DNA from: Antedon mediterranea
Lineage: Eukaryota; Animalia; Echinodermata
Direction of reading: 5' to 3'
Length of the DNA stretch: 64,000 nt
Assembly: GCF_964355755.1 (NCBI RefSeq)
Contig: NC_092678.1
Coordinates: forward strand, 21,655,365 to 21,719,364
This document shows positions 19,661 to 32,086 of this stretch, piece by piece. The notes below the pieces were generated by a model. That model searched no databases, was not told where the DNA came from, and saw only the letters and a program-made list of their open reading frames with translations. The position numbers were made by a program, and so were the translations under genes. The first letter of the stretch is position 1, and each line of letters begins with the position of its first letter.

Positions 19661-20481
19661 ATATACAGATAAATATGTGGTTATTGATTACTTTTTAATT
19701 TATTCAGAGAGACACATACATACATCGAAACAAGTCTATAGAAACAATGGTAGCCCAGGCTGCTTGGAGGAAAGTGAATTAGCTGACCTAACACTGAGAA
19801 GTTCGACGACTGTTCGTAGTCGGGTTGATTGCTTTCGTCTTTGCATTTCAATTGAACATTGCACTGTGTTTCAGGTTCTTAGTACTTCAAAAAACGCACT
19901 GACATGCGACGTCCTCCGGAGTGAAGGAGAGCATGCGCAGTATGAATCTGGACACGATGCTTGTCATATGTTTATCATAATAGATTAAATTTTAAATGTA
20001 AAAAACTTTACATTGATGACTTAAAGGACTATTAGAGAACAGGTGTATAAGTAAAACGTATCCGCTAATTACTGTACGTGTTATAAACTCAACTTTTAAA
20101 GTTTTTTAAGCATCGCAGTAGATTCGCGTGTAACACGAATATTGTACGAGTTTCCTTAGAAAAATAATAAGTTTTTCTTTCACTTAAAAGTACAATGTTA
20201 TTCTTTTGAATAATAGTTATTACCCTATCCCACCTTTGCACAGACTTCGATGTATGTGTTGTAGGAAAAAATAAAAGGTAATTGTTTAAATGTATATGTG
20301 AAATCGCCTGTCACTTTTATTTTTAAACAAAATATTTATCTACGTCGTATTGTACACTTCGTATGAATCAAAAGGTAAGTCTGCATTATTTAATATTATA
20401 ATATTTGACCGTTTTGTTTCATTACGTCTAATTATTTTATATTAAAGTGTATGTGTATGTATTTTAACGATATGCTTTGAC

Positions 20482-20603
20482 AAGCTCTGTCTACACTATC
20501 AAACTAAGTTTGACAAAAACAAGTGTGATGTGCCCAAATATGGTAATAATATGACATCATTATCACATGTCGCATAAAGTTTGAGAGTGTAGATAGAGCT
20601 TTA
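20482..20603. mobile_element. Short MITE family AAGCTCTGTCTACACTATCAAACT (Harbinger-like), copy
   Basis: TIR AAGCTCTGTCTACACT / AGTGTAGA(T/C)AGAGCTT; other copies at ~31530-31612, ~42113-42210, 43031-43157, 54337-54495. Confidence 0.8.
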
Positions 20604-20997
20604 GAAGAAATTCTAAACGATTCAGTCAGAACAATTTAGATATTGACTTAGTCCTATAAAGTACGGTAAGTAATTTAGGTTGAGGAGTTTTTGATGCCGA
20701 TTTGATTTGTGAAACTATAATATTGATAGAATTAATTTCTCTATTGTATCTCGGCAGTTATTATATTGATATTTTAATTTACTAAATTATAAGTAGATTC
20801 ACGTATTTTATTGTAGTGTGTTTTTCCACTTATTCCTATCAAAGTAAGCAAGAAATATTGATTATATTTTGATTTTGCTCGTAAAATAAATGTACTCAAA
20901 ATACATTTATGTGACTGAATTTCTTTATTTCAGATTTCGTTGTGGAAGTAACAACTACGCTGTCATTATTGTTGGTAACAATTGTTTACGAAACAAA

Positions 20998-23434
20998 ATG
21001 AAGATCATGATAATAACGTTTACGTTTACTTCTATGATTATTTTTACGTTTGTTACTTCTCTTGTATCGAGCAGCACAAACGGTGAGTACGTTTATCAGA
21101 TTCTGCTGCTGTCCCTAGATAAATTGTGACCGACTATTGACAGTCATTTAAAAACGAGAGTATGTGTATTAGCTTAACTAAACCCGTTTCTAGACTACTG
21201 TCAATAGTCGGTCAATCTATCTAGGGACAGACGCAAAACCGATAAAACCATTAGTTATGAGTTCGGAACTGTGCGCGCAGTGTCTTTCGAGACACGAGTA
21301 CGGTGTTTGAAGTCTGCAGTACCGTAATGTGGGGAAAGGTTTTATAGGCGAAATGGATGATGCAACGGGGTTGCAGAACTGCGTTCAGACACCAAGCGAT
21401 GTCGCAATTGGTGTTTGCTACATTGTCCGGTACCATAGACAAATGTCGTTAGTATAGACACATCTAACTACCAAAAACAATAATTTGTGAGACAACATTG
21501 ATTTATTGGAAAAAAAACATGGGGGTCATCTCTCGCATTTATTTGTTAAAAATAATGTTTTTGGCAAATATCAAACAAATATTTATTTTTAAATCATATC
21601 ACAGGTGCTGTTTGTCCGGATCTGTGGCAACCTTTTGGTCGCAAATGCTACAGATTATTTGAGAACCGTCTCAACTGGTTTAATTCTCTTGAAGTATGTA
21701 AAGGCTATCTTGGAAGTTTAGCGACTTTGAATACAAAAGAAAAACACAAGTTCATAGTTGAAATGTGCGACGGTAGCTGCAATCAGTGGATCGGATTTAA
21801 CGACATAGACGTTGAGGGTGTTTGGAAGTGGGTATCTGGAGCTGAGGATAACGATTTTAATAGTACGTAGGTATATTATACAGCGATATAATATTGCCTG
21901 TTTAGAGCTGAAATATTAAAATCTGATATCCCCGAGGGAATGATATTTTTCTGAAAGCGAAGCTGAGCGAAAAATATCATTCCCAAGAGTTGCTACACAA
22001 AATTACGTGGTCCTCCAGATTTCACTGGATTGTATACGAAAATTATATAACAGTCCTCGAGAATTTATAACGTTTACGATCTTTAAAACAGTATGATGCT
22101 ATTTCGACCAATCACGGTTACATACAATCACTCCCTCAACATAGGGAGAGGACGGGTAACAGTTAAATAGTCTATAATCAATGTTTAGGATCAATGTTAT
22201 ATTGTTTATTATAGACGTTTAACAATAATTTTATCTACAGTGTTTCTATTTAAATTATCACTTGTGTTGTGACATACAAATGTTACACTTACTGTATCAC
22301 ACCACCATTCTCTATAAATACGTTAACACATTGATGGCGGTTTGTTTAGTTTTAACTTATTTATTCACAGTGTGGCACCCAGTTGAACCAAATAACAATG
22401 ATGGGTGGGTGAGTGAACCATATAAGAGCAACGGAGATTGTGCCAAGCTGGATAAAACTCAATCATTGTGGGGGGATCGTAATTGTGTATACGGATCTTA
22501 CGGCTTTATTTGTGAGAAAGGTATAAAATAATTGAAATTATAATTATCTTGTATGTAACTTACTTTAATTCTGTAACTCAAAAGTTTGAAATTAGTTTAT
22601 ATTATTGTTTAGAACTCTTAAAATGAATGCTGTTGAATTGTAGGCCTACACTTAATACGGAAGTTCCTTACCATTTGTTGGAATAGATATAGATGTAGTA
22701 CGGAGAGTTATGGTGCTGTTTGAGGAAGTTTACGTATGCCTATTATGTACTATTTAGTTAGGTGGGTGGGTTGACGGTAAGACAGTTGGCGATTAAAGAA
22801 TCTTTTTGAATTGTAGGCCTACACTTAATACGGAAGTTCCTAACCATTTGTTGAAATAGATATAGATGTAGTACGGACAGTTATAGTGCCGTTGAGGAAG
22901 TTTACGCATGCCTTATGTACTATTTAGTTAGGATGGGGAGGAGTGGTAAGACAGCAGCATAACAGGTTGGCGATAAAAGAATCTTTGCGAATCGTTTTTC
23001 ACTCGGCCTTTGTTTTTGTAGAGAAGCATACCCTTTCTTGGTTGTGAAAACCGTGTTTCATCCTGCCTTTGTTTTTGTAGAGGAAGCATGTCTTTTGTTA
23101 CACATTTTATTTTAATAGGCCTGTATACTTTTTTTGTTTCCTATTATTTAAATTATATTCAGAGAAGCATATGCGTACATCGAAACAAATCTATGGACGC
23201 AACGGTAGCCCAGCCTGCTTGAAGGAAAGTGAATTAGCTGACCTGACACTGAGAAGTTCGACGACTGTTCGTAGTCGGGTTGATTGCTTTCGTCTTTGCA
23301 TTTCAATCGAACATTGCACTGTGTTTCAAGTTCGGAGTGCATCGGAAAACGCACTGACATGTGACGTCCTACGTAGTGAAGGAGGACATTATGAATCTGG
23401 ACACGTTGGTTGTCATATGTTTATCATAATATAG
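20998..23434 (+). CDS. Secreted C-type lectin + PAN/apple-like protein, gene B (intact, 4 exons)
   Basis: Exons 20998-21082, 21605-21862, 22371-22520, 23163-23434, all phase-1 junctions, open throughout; signal peptide MKIMIITFTF..., CTLD with WIGFND, EPN and WGD, C-terminal C-x3-C-x5-C-x2-F...C module. Confidence 0.88.
21091..21248. mobile_element. Foldback/MITE-like inverted repeat at start of lectin B intron 1
   Basis: CTGTCCCTAGAT..TGACCGACTATTGACAG pairs with CTGTCAATAGTCGGTCA..ATCTAGGGACAG. Confidence 0.7.
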
Positions 23435-24406
23435 TAACATTTAAATTTAAACCATTTTACATTGTTGACTTAATATACTATAGGAATACAAGCCTATGCG
23501 TTCGAAGTGGTATTAGAATACATCAGTTTTCTTAATGTGTTTACGTAGAGTTAGACATTTAGGCCTTCGCTAAGCTACAAGCACACTCGCTGTGACGTCA
23601 CTTTTGGTAATTGTACATTTTAAGACATGCGCACACGAGAGCCGTTGGTAATTTTGGAAAAATAGTTAATCTATGGTTTTAATAAACACCAATATTGTAT
23701 ATTTAATTAGAATCGCTGCTTGAACGTAACATATGCACCGCAGTAGAATCGCTAATGTTATCTGTTGTATTACGTAAAAGTAACAAACATTCTGTTATTT
23801 ATACTTGTAAGCAATAGGCCTACAATTTGTTTCTTTGCTTGCCTGATCTTCACCTTTTATTCCCTGACATCTCCCAGAAAATCTGCTTTGTGTCTGAAAT
23901 ATTTCCAATCAGACTGATTCCGATTTGGTAGGCGTAGACATATTCTGCGAGTTCTACGACCTCACCTCCCTTGTGAATAAACCCACTAAAAAAAAAAAAA
24001 AAATTAGAAAGGTAGAAAATAATTGAAATAATAATTGTAATGTATGTAACTTACTTTAATTCTGTAACTCAAAAGTTTGAAATTAGTTTATATTATTGTT
24101 TAGAACTCTTAAAATGAATGCTTTTGAATTGTACACTTTATATGGAAGTCCCTTACCATTTGTTGGAATAGTTAGATGTAGTACGGACAGTTAAAAGTGC
24201 CGTTTGAGGAAGTTTACGCATCCCTATTATGTACTATTTAGTTAGGATGGGGTAGGAGTGGTAAGACAGCAGCATAACAGGTTGGCGATAAAAGAATCGT
24301 TTTTCACTCGGCCTTTGTTTTTGTAGAGAAGCATGTCTTTTGTTACACATTTTATTTTAATATTCCTGTATACTTTTTTGTTTCCTATTATTTAAATTAT
24401 ATTCAG

Positions 24407-24684
24407 AGAAGCATATGCGTACGTCGAAACAAATCTATGGACGCAACGGTAGCCCAGCATGCTTGAAAGAAAGTGAATTAGCTGATCTGACACTAAGAAG
24501 TTCGACGACTGTTCTTAGTCGGGTTGATTGCTTTCGTCTTTGCATTTCAATCGAACATTGCACTGTTTTTCAGGTTTGGAGTGCATCTGAAAACACACTG
24601 ACGTGTGACGTCCTACGTAGTGAAGGAGGGCATTCACAGTATGAATCTGGACACGATGGTTGTCATATGTTTATCATCATTTAG
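24407..24684 (+). other. Orphan duplicate terminal (PAN/apple-like) exon; possible alternative last exon of lectin B
   Basis: Intact acceptor TTCAG|AG and open frame ~90% like 23163-23434; duplicated block begins at ~24006 with only AGAAAG|GTAG of exon 3, no upstream exons 1-3. Confidence 0.75.
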
Positions 24685-24812
24685 TGACATTTAAATTGAA
24701 ACCATTTTTACATTGTTGACCTAATAAATATACTATAGGAATACAAGCCTATACGTTCGAAGTGGTGTTAGAATACACCAGTTTTCTTAATGTGTTTACG
24801 TAGAGTAGACAT

Positions 24813-24997
24813 TAAAGCTTGGTTCCCACTAGAACGTAACGCAAAGACGTCAACGCAACGCAAGCGTTTTAATCAATGACAAGCGAAGTTATAGACAGTT
24901 AGCAATCACAAGCGAATAAGCCATCGCTTGTGATTGGTCAATTCACTTGCGTTGCGTTACGTCCTTGTGTTGCGTCGCTAGTGGGAACCACGCTTTA
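24813..24997. mobile_element. Harbinger-like MITE (TIR AAGC(T/G)TGGTTCCCACTAG), with empty site in paralogous DNA
   Basis: TIRs at both ends; paralogous empty site AGACATTTAGGCC at ~23554-23566; related copies at 30796-31071, 32585-32895, 33573-33740. Confidence 0.8.
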
Positions 24998-26247
24998 GGC
25001 CTACTTACTTTTCGCTAAGCTACAAGCACACTCGCTGTGACGTCACTTAATGCACGTAATTTATGCAAAAATAGTTGATCTATGGTTTTAATAAACACCA
25101 ATATTGTATATTTTAATTGGAGTCGCTGCTTGAACGTAACATATGCACCGCAGCAGAATCGTAAGAAAAACAAACAAGCACACTCGCTGTGACTTTGTCA
25201 CTTTTGGTAATTGTAATTTGTAAGACATGCGCACACGAGAGCCGTTGGTAATTTATGCAAAAATAGTTGATCTATGGTTGTAATGACACTGTATTTAAAA
25301 CCAATATATTGTATATTTAATAAGAGTCGCTACTTGAAAGTAACATACTGTACACCGCAGTAGAATCGCTAATGTTATCTGCTGTATTACGTAAGAATAA
25401 CAAACATTCTATCTTTTATACTTGTAAGCAATTAGGCCTACAATTTGTTTCTGATTTTCACCTTTTATTCCCTGACATCTCTCTCAGAAAATTGAGTTGA
25501 GTCTGAAATATTTCCAATGAGACTGATTACGATTTGGTAGGCGTAGGCCTATACTGTGAATAGACCCCCTCCCCCACTCCAAACGTGGAGAATTACCTCA
25601 ATTCAACAACCCCTTTTTTCTTTCAATTGGTATATTGAACGAAATAATTAATAAAATAACCATTGGTACTAATTCAATATTTTTTTGTCTGAATGGGTTT
25701 TTTTTTCTCAATTGAACGCGTCACAAAAACTATGTTGACGCACGGTTTGCGTCATCCTTCGTTTCGGTCGTTTATTAGCAGAAAAGCGTTTTCTGTGTAC
25801 ATCGTGACGGTGAATTAAGGATGGAGAGAAAATTAGAATTCGTCGCAGTCACTTTCACTTTGAAGTATCCGACGTCTATTCAATTTACCATATTATTACG
25901 TTCTTGGATGAAACCAGTTTCCCAGGTATGTCTAATAAACAAGTTGTTTAGGCCTAAGTACACTTTAATTAAAATATTCTAACAAATATTGATCAATTTC
26001 TTTTTATATGTTCTAACTTACATTCGAGTCACGTATATTACCCAGTTATGGGTATACACAATGTGTTTTAATTTATTCAAAGCTAGTAACAAGATAATAA
26101 CATTTTTATGATTATTAAAACATATATTATGCGAATTGAAGCGTAAACTCTCCATTAAAAATACGCTTAGTAACCGAAGTTATTTATTCACATTTTGTTT
26201 TCAGAGAGGTACACTTTGGTAAAACTGTTCCTGAATCATCTATCGAA

Positions 26248-29200
26248 ATGAAGATCAGAATAACGTTTACGTTTTTGATTATTTTTATGCTTGTTACTTC
26301 TCTCGTATCGAGCAGCACAAACGGTGAGTACGTTACGTACGGCGATTTCGTTCTATTAAGGCCAATAAGGCACGATTTACAAATAGTTTCTTTCCAGGAG
26401 CTATTAGAGCTTAAACATAATGTAGACACTTTTTTGTAATGTTTTTGTATTTGAGTTCGTGTTGTGTCCGTTGGATATTGTGCTCCGCCATCAGAGCAAA
26501 CAGAATTTCTATGTTTTTTCGTAAAACAAATGATAATAAATGATACTTGACTTGACTATAAAGAAATGCAATTTATTTGGTGTTGAATGTCTGAGTCATA
26601 TCTTATAGATACGCCCCATGTCGTTACGAACAAAGTTTTTCTTTCTCGGAATCTAATTTTGTTTATATTAATTACATCTCAGATATGTATAGGCCCAATT
26701 CCTCCATTTAGCATTTGAATACTAGGCACGTGACTTTAAATCTCGTAAGTTATGATTTGGTGTACCGTAACTGAACCGGAACATGAACAAGTGGAATTAT
26801 AGAAACAAAATCTAGATAAGGTCTACGAACGTTTATTTTGCAACTAGTATTTTATTAAATAAAAAAACAATAAATAAACTTATTTCATCAAATCACAGGT
26901 GCTGTTTGTCCGGATTTGTGGCAACCTTTTGGTCGCAAATGCTACAGATTATTTGAGAACCCTCTCAACTGGTTTGATTCTCTTGAAGTATGTAAAGGCT
27001 ATCAGGGAAGTTTAGCGACTTTGAATACAGAAGCAAAACACAATTTCATAGTTGAAATGTGCCGCGGTAGCTGCACACAGTGGATCGGATTTAACGACAT
27101 AGACGTTGAGGGTGTTTGGAAGTGGGCATCTGGAGCTGAGGATAACGATTTTAATAGTACGTAGGTATTATTATTATTTGTTAGTTACCTTGATTTCAGG
27201 CAACAATGCGTTATGTTTCAAGGTCAAGCTTCTGATTGGCTCACTGTTTTGTCTGGGGTCCCCCAGGGCTCGATCCTTGGTCCCCTCTTATTTAATATCT
27301 TTATCAATGATCTTTTGTAATTTTTCTTCTTCTTGCTTACGTTTTGCGGATGATATTAAACTCTTTAATACTATCAATGGCCCTAATGATACTGTTTTCC
27401 TTCAAAATGACCTTGGTACTCTCTTCAGATGGACCACCACCTGGAAGCTGAGTTTAAACTTACCAAAATGCAAAATTATGACGATTACTAAGAAAAGACA
27501 ATATTTCCAATATGATTACAGTATTAATAATCATGTTTTGGAAAGAATTGACCGTCATAAAGATCTTGGAATTATTATCGACTGTAACTTAAATTTTATT
27601 CCTCAAGTTGATGCTGCTGTTAGTAAAGCAAATAGAATGTTAGGCATGATACGTCGTAATTGCTGGTGTTTTAAAAATTCTAATACTTTAATTCATTTAT
27701 ATGTTTCTCTTGTCCGTCCCCATCTTGAATACTGTAGTGTTGTGTTTAATTCGTTTTCGTCTGTTCATAGTACCCGTCTTCAAAGAGTCCAAGATCGTTT
27801 TGTACGTTTTGTGTATTCTACTTGTCACACTGTCCTCCTTTGTCTGTCTCTCTTCCTTCTCTTGTCTCTCTTCCTTCTCTTGTCTCTCTTCCTTCTCTTG
27901 TCTCTCTTCCTTCTCTTGTCTCTCTTCCTTCTCTTGTCTCTCTTCCTTCTCTTGTCTCTCTTCCTTCTCTTGTCTCTCTTCCTTCTCTTGTCTCTCTTCC
28001 TTCTCTTGTCTCTCTTCCTTCTCTTGTCTCTCTTCCTTCTCTTGTCTCTCTTCCTTCTCTTGTCTCTCTTCCTTCTCTTGTCTCTCTTCCTTCTCTTGTC
28101 TCTCTTCCTTCTCTTGTCTCTCTTCCTTCTCTTGTCTCTCTTCCTTCTCTTGTCTCTCTTCCTTCTCTTGTCTCTCTTCCTTCTCTTGTCTCTCTTCCTT
28201 CTCTTGTCTCTCTTCCTTCTCTTGTCTCTCTTCCTTCTCTTGTCTCTCTTCCTTCTCTTGTCTCTCTTCCTTCTCTTGTCTCTCTTCCTTCTCTTGTCTC
28301 TCTTCCTTCTCTTGTCTCTCTTCCTTCTCTTGTCTCTCTTCCTTCTCTTGTCTCTCTTCCTTCTCTTGTCTCTCTTCCTTCTCTTGTCTCTCTTCCTTCT
28401 CTTGTCTCTCTTCCTTCTCTTGTCTCTCTTCCTTCTCTTGTCTCTCTTCCTTCTCTTGTCTCTCTTCCTTCTCTTGTCTCTCTTCCTTCTCTTGTCTCTC
28501 TTCCTTCTCTTGTCTCTCTTCCTTCTCTTGTCTCTCTTCCTTCTCTTGTCTCTCTTCCTTCTCTTGTCTCTCTTCCTTCTCTTGTCTCTCTTCCTTCTCT
28601 TGTCTCTCTTCCTTCTCTTGTCTCTCTTCCTTCTCTTGTCTCTCTTCCTTCTCTTGTCTCTCTTCCTTCTCTTGTCTCTCGTCGTTCCAAGTTTGATCTT
28701 CAGTTTTTGTATAAATGTATGAATTCCCGTTTCTATTGTAATTTTATCTCAATTCCAAATGTAATCTTCTTTATTGTCGTGTCAATGTTACCAAGAATGG
28801 TTTTATCTCACGTATTTGTCTTCTTTCTAATAATTGTGTTTTAAAGATAATTCTATTGATCTCTTTTTTGACCGTTATAATTGTTTTTGTAATAAAATTA
28901 GTAAAATTGTATAATTTTGTATTTTTAGGTTTTAAGATTTATATATATTTATATGGTATAGTTTATTCCATTCTGTAAGGGGCGGGTTTGAATGAGTTTG
29001 AATAAAATAAAATAAAATAAAATTATACAGCGATATAATATTGCCTGTTTAGAGCTGAAATATTAACATCTGATATCCCCGAGGGAATGATATTTTTCTC
29101 GAAGCGAAGCTGAGCGAAAAATATCATTCCCAAGAGTTGCTACACAAAATTACGTGGTCCTCCAGATTTCACTGGATTGTATACGAAAATTATATAAGAG

Positions 29201-30412
29201 TCCTCGAGAATTTATAACGTTTACGATCTTTAAAACAGTGTGATGCTAATTCGACCAATCACGGTTACATATTACGATCACTCCCTCAACATAGGGAGAG
29301 GACGGGTAACAGTTAAATAGTCTATAATCAATGTTTAGGATCAATGTTATATTGTTTATTATAAACGTTTAACAATAATTTTATCTACAGTTTTCATATT
29401 TAAATCACTTGTGTTGTGACATACAAATGTTACACTTACTGTATCACACCACCATTCTCTATAAATGCGTTAACGCATTGATGGCGGTTTGTTTAGTTTT
29501 AACTTATTTATTCACAGTGTGGCACCCAATTGAACCAAATAACGGGGATGGGATGTGGAGTGAACCATATCATAGCAACGCAGATTGCGCCAGGCTGGAT
29601 ATCACTCAAGCATTGTGGGGGGATCGTAATTGTGTACACGGATCTTACGGCTTTATTTGTGAGAAAGGTAGAAAATAATTGAAATAATAATTGTAATGTA
29701 TGTAACTTAATTCTGTAACTCAAAAGTTTGAAATTAGTTTATATTATTGTTTAGAACTCTTAAAAGGAATGCTGTTGAATTGTAGGCCTACACTTAATAC
29801 GGAAGTCCCTAACCATTTGTTGGAATAGATATAGATGTAGTACGGACAGTTATAGTGTCGTTTGAGGAAGTTTACGCCTGCATATTATGTACTATTTAGT
29901 TAGGATGGGGAAGAGTGGTAAGACAGCAGCATAACAGGTTGGCGATAAAAGAATCTTTGCGAATCGTTTTTCACTCGGCCTTTGTTTTTGTAGAGAAGCA
30001 TACCCTTTCTTGGTTGTGAAAACCGTGTTTCATCCTGCCTTTGTTTTTGTAGAGGAAGCATGTCTTTTGTTACACATTTTATTTTAATAGGCCTGTATAC
30101 TTTTTTTGTTTCCTATTATTTAAATTATATTCAGAGAAGCATATGCGTACATCGAAACAAATCTATGGACGCAACGGTAGCCCAGCCTGCTTGAAAGAAA
30201 GTGAATTAGCTGACCTGACACTGAGAAGTTCGACGACTGTTCGTAGTCGGGTTGATTGCTTTCGTCTTTGCATTTCAATCGAACATTGCACTGTGTTTCA
30301 AGTTCGGAGTGCATCGGAAAACGCACTGACATGTGACGTCCTCTTGAGCGAAGGAGGACATGCGCAGTATGAATCTGGACACGTTGGTTGTCATATGTTT
30401 ATCATAATATAG
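26248..30412 (+). CDS. Secreted C-type lectin + PAN/apple-like protein, gene C (intact, 4 exons)
   Basis: Exons 26248-26323, 26899-27156, 29518-29667, 30135-30412, in frame; EPN and WGD motifs; introns 2-3 nearly identical to gene B except for a LINE insertion. Confidence 0.88.
27172..29021 (+). mobile_element. 5'-truncated non-LTR retrotransposon (CR1/L2-like) in intron 2 of lectin C
   Basis: RT motifs SYL..RQQCV...[20 protein letters not shown], frameshift, [49 protein letters not shown]; (AATAA)n 3' tail; absent from the same intron of gene B. Confidence 0.92.
27845..28680. repeat. Perfect 18-bp minisatellite (TGTCTCTCTTCCTTCTCT) x ~46 inside the LINE
   Basis: Exact 18-nt periodicity over 836 bp; explains ORFs 27701-28696, 27818-28690, 27822-28844. 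Confidence 0.97.
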
Positions 30413-30795
30413 TAACATTTAAATTTAAACCATTTTACATTGATGACTTAATATACTATAGGAATACAAGCCTATACGTTCGAAGTGGTGTTAGAATACA
30501 CCAGTTTTCTTAATGTGTTTACGTAGAATTAGACATGACCGAATTTAGGCCTACTTATTTTTTGCTAAGCTACAAGCACACGCACGTGACGTCACTTTTG
30601 GTAATTGTACATTTTAAGACATGCGCACACGAGAGCCGTTGGTAATGTATGTAAAAATAGTTGATCTATGGTTTTAATAAACACCAATATTAGGCTATAA
30701 TTAGAGTCGCTGCTTGAACGTAACATATGCACCGCAGAAGAATCGCGAATGTTATCTGTTGTATTTCGTAAGAAAAACAAACAAGCACACTCGCA

Positions 30796-31071
30796 AGCAT
30801 TTTAACCAATGACAAGCGAAGTTATAGACAGTTAGCAATCACAAGCGAATAAGCCATCGCTTGTGATTGGTCAATTCACTTGCGTTGCGTTACGTCCTTG
30901 TGTTGCGTCGCTAGTGGGAACCACGCTTTAGGCCTACATCATTGCGTTGCGGCTTACATCATTGCGTTGGGGCCTACGTCCATGCGTTGCCGATTACGTC
31001 ACTGCGTTGCGGCTTACGTCATTGCTTTGTGACTTATGTCATTGCGTTCGTTCCAAGTGGGACCAAGCTTT
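30796..31071. mobile_element. Composite/rearranged Harbinger-like MITE with 20-bp subterminal repeats
   Basis: Same core as 24860-24997 followed by (TACRTCATTGCGTTGCGGCT)-like repeats and a second end TGGGACCAAGCTTT. Confidence 0.7.
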
Positions 31072-31155
31072 CTTGTTCAAACAATAAATCCGTCCTTTTT
31101 TAATTACGTAGGCCTATAGAGAAACAAATTAGAAACTTATTTCAAAACAGCATTT

Positions 31156-31270
31156 TGGTTCGGAGTGCATCGAAAACCGCGCTGGCATGTGACGTCCTCC
31201 TGAGTGAAGGAGAGCATGCGCAGTATACATTTGGACACAATAGTTGTGATATGTTTATCATAATATAGTA
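31156..31270 (+). pseudogene. 3' fragment of another PAN/apple-like terminal exon
   Basis: GTTCGGAGTGCATCGAAAACC...TGTGACGTCCTCCTGAGTGAAGGAGAGCATGCGCAGTAT...TTTATCATAATATAG matches the end of lectin exon 4. Confidence 0.8.
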
Positions 31271-32086
31271 AATTTTAAGTGTATGCTATTTTACATTGGT
31301 GGCTTAATAGACTTAGTTTGAACATGGATTATTCATTAATCCATGGTTTAAAGTAGGATTAGTTTAATATCAGAAATTATCAAATACGCGGCGGCTACTT
31401 AAATTGGTTTTTTTACACTGTTAAAAAACTATATACGTAAACCAGTAGTATTAAACAAAAACTATATAAATTGTACATTAGAACAGATTCATTCGTGAGT
31501 TGCGAGTTTTGGAGCAAATGACGTTGTTTAAAGCTCTTTTTTACACTATCAAACTTTATGTGACAAAAAATATGCACATCACAATTTGTTGTCACATAAA
31601 GTTTGATAGTCTACTCTAGACTTGCACGCTTCTGACACATTCATATCCAGGTATGTCTGTTTTGTACTTATGTAAATCACTATTTAAAAATTATTACTAT
31701 ATCGAACAGCTATATTATTTTTCTAGAGTACATTTATCGCTCGTATTTAAATGTTTTTTTATAAATTATTCATTGTGGATATATTTTCTTTCAGCCCAAG
31801 ATGGATAACAACAAACATATTGATTAATGGATTTTGAAATATAAAAATATCTCAAAATAGGTTTATTAATCTAGTTTATTTAAAATGTTATTTTTATTAT
31901 AAGCATTTAATTTTGCTCATTTTAGGCCTATCTTTCTTTTGGTCCAACGAGTGAATAAATGAATTGATTGATTTTGCCCGTAAAATAATTTCCATTTAAA
32001 ATACGCTGCCAAATAAAAAATGTATTCATTTTATATTTTGTTTTTGATGTTACAGCTATACTGTTTGTAGTAGGCTACTCGTCCTG

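Larger units (their letters stand above)
17914..19988 (+). pseudogene. Secreted C-type lectin + PAN/apple-like gene A, with premature stop
   Basis: Exons 17914-17992 (signal peptide), 18122-18379 (CPDLW..CY...WIGFND), 18931-19083 (EPN...DC...WVDRNC...FICEK), 19708-19988 (DCFRLC..IEHCTVF...TCDVL); TGG>TGA at 18340-18342 where paralogs have Trp. Confidence 0.85.

Noticed and set aside
27106-28844. Long ORFs of 290-538 aa (LLSLF, SCLSSF, ETREGR, SLPSLV repeats)
   Set aside because: Translations of an 18-bp minisatellite lacking stops, partly fused to a frameshifted LINE RT fragment; not a host protein
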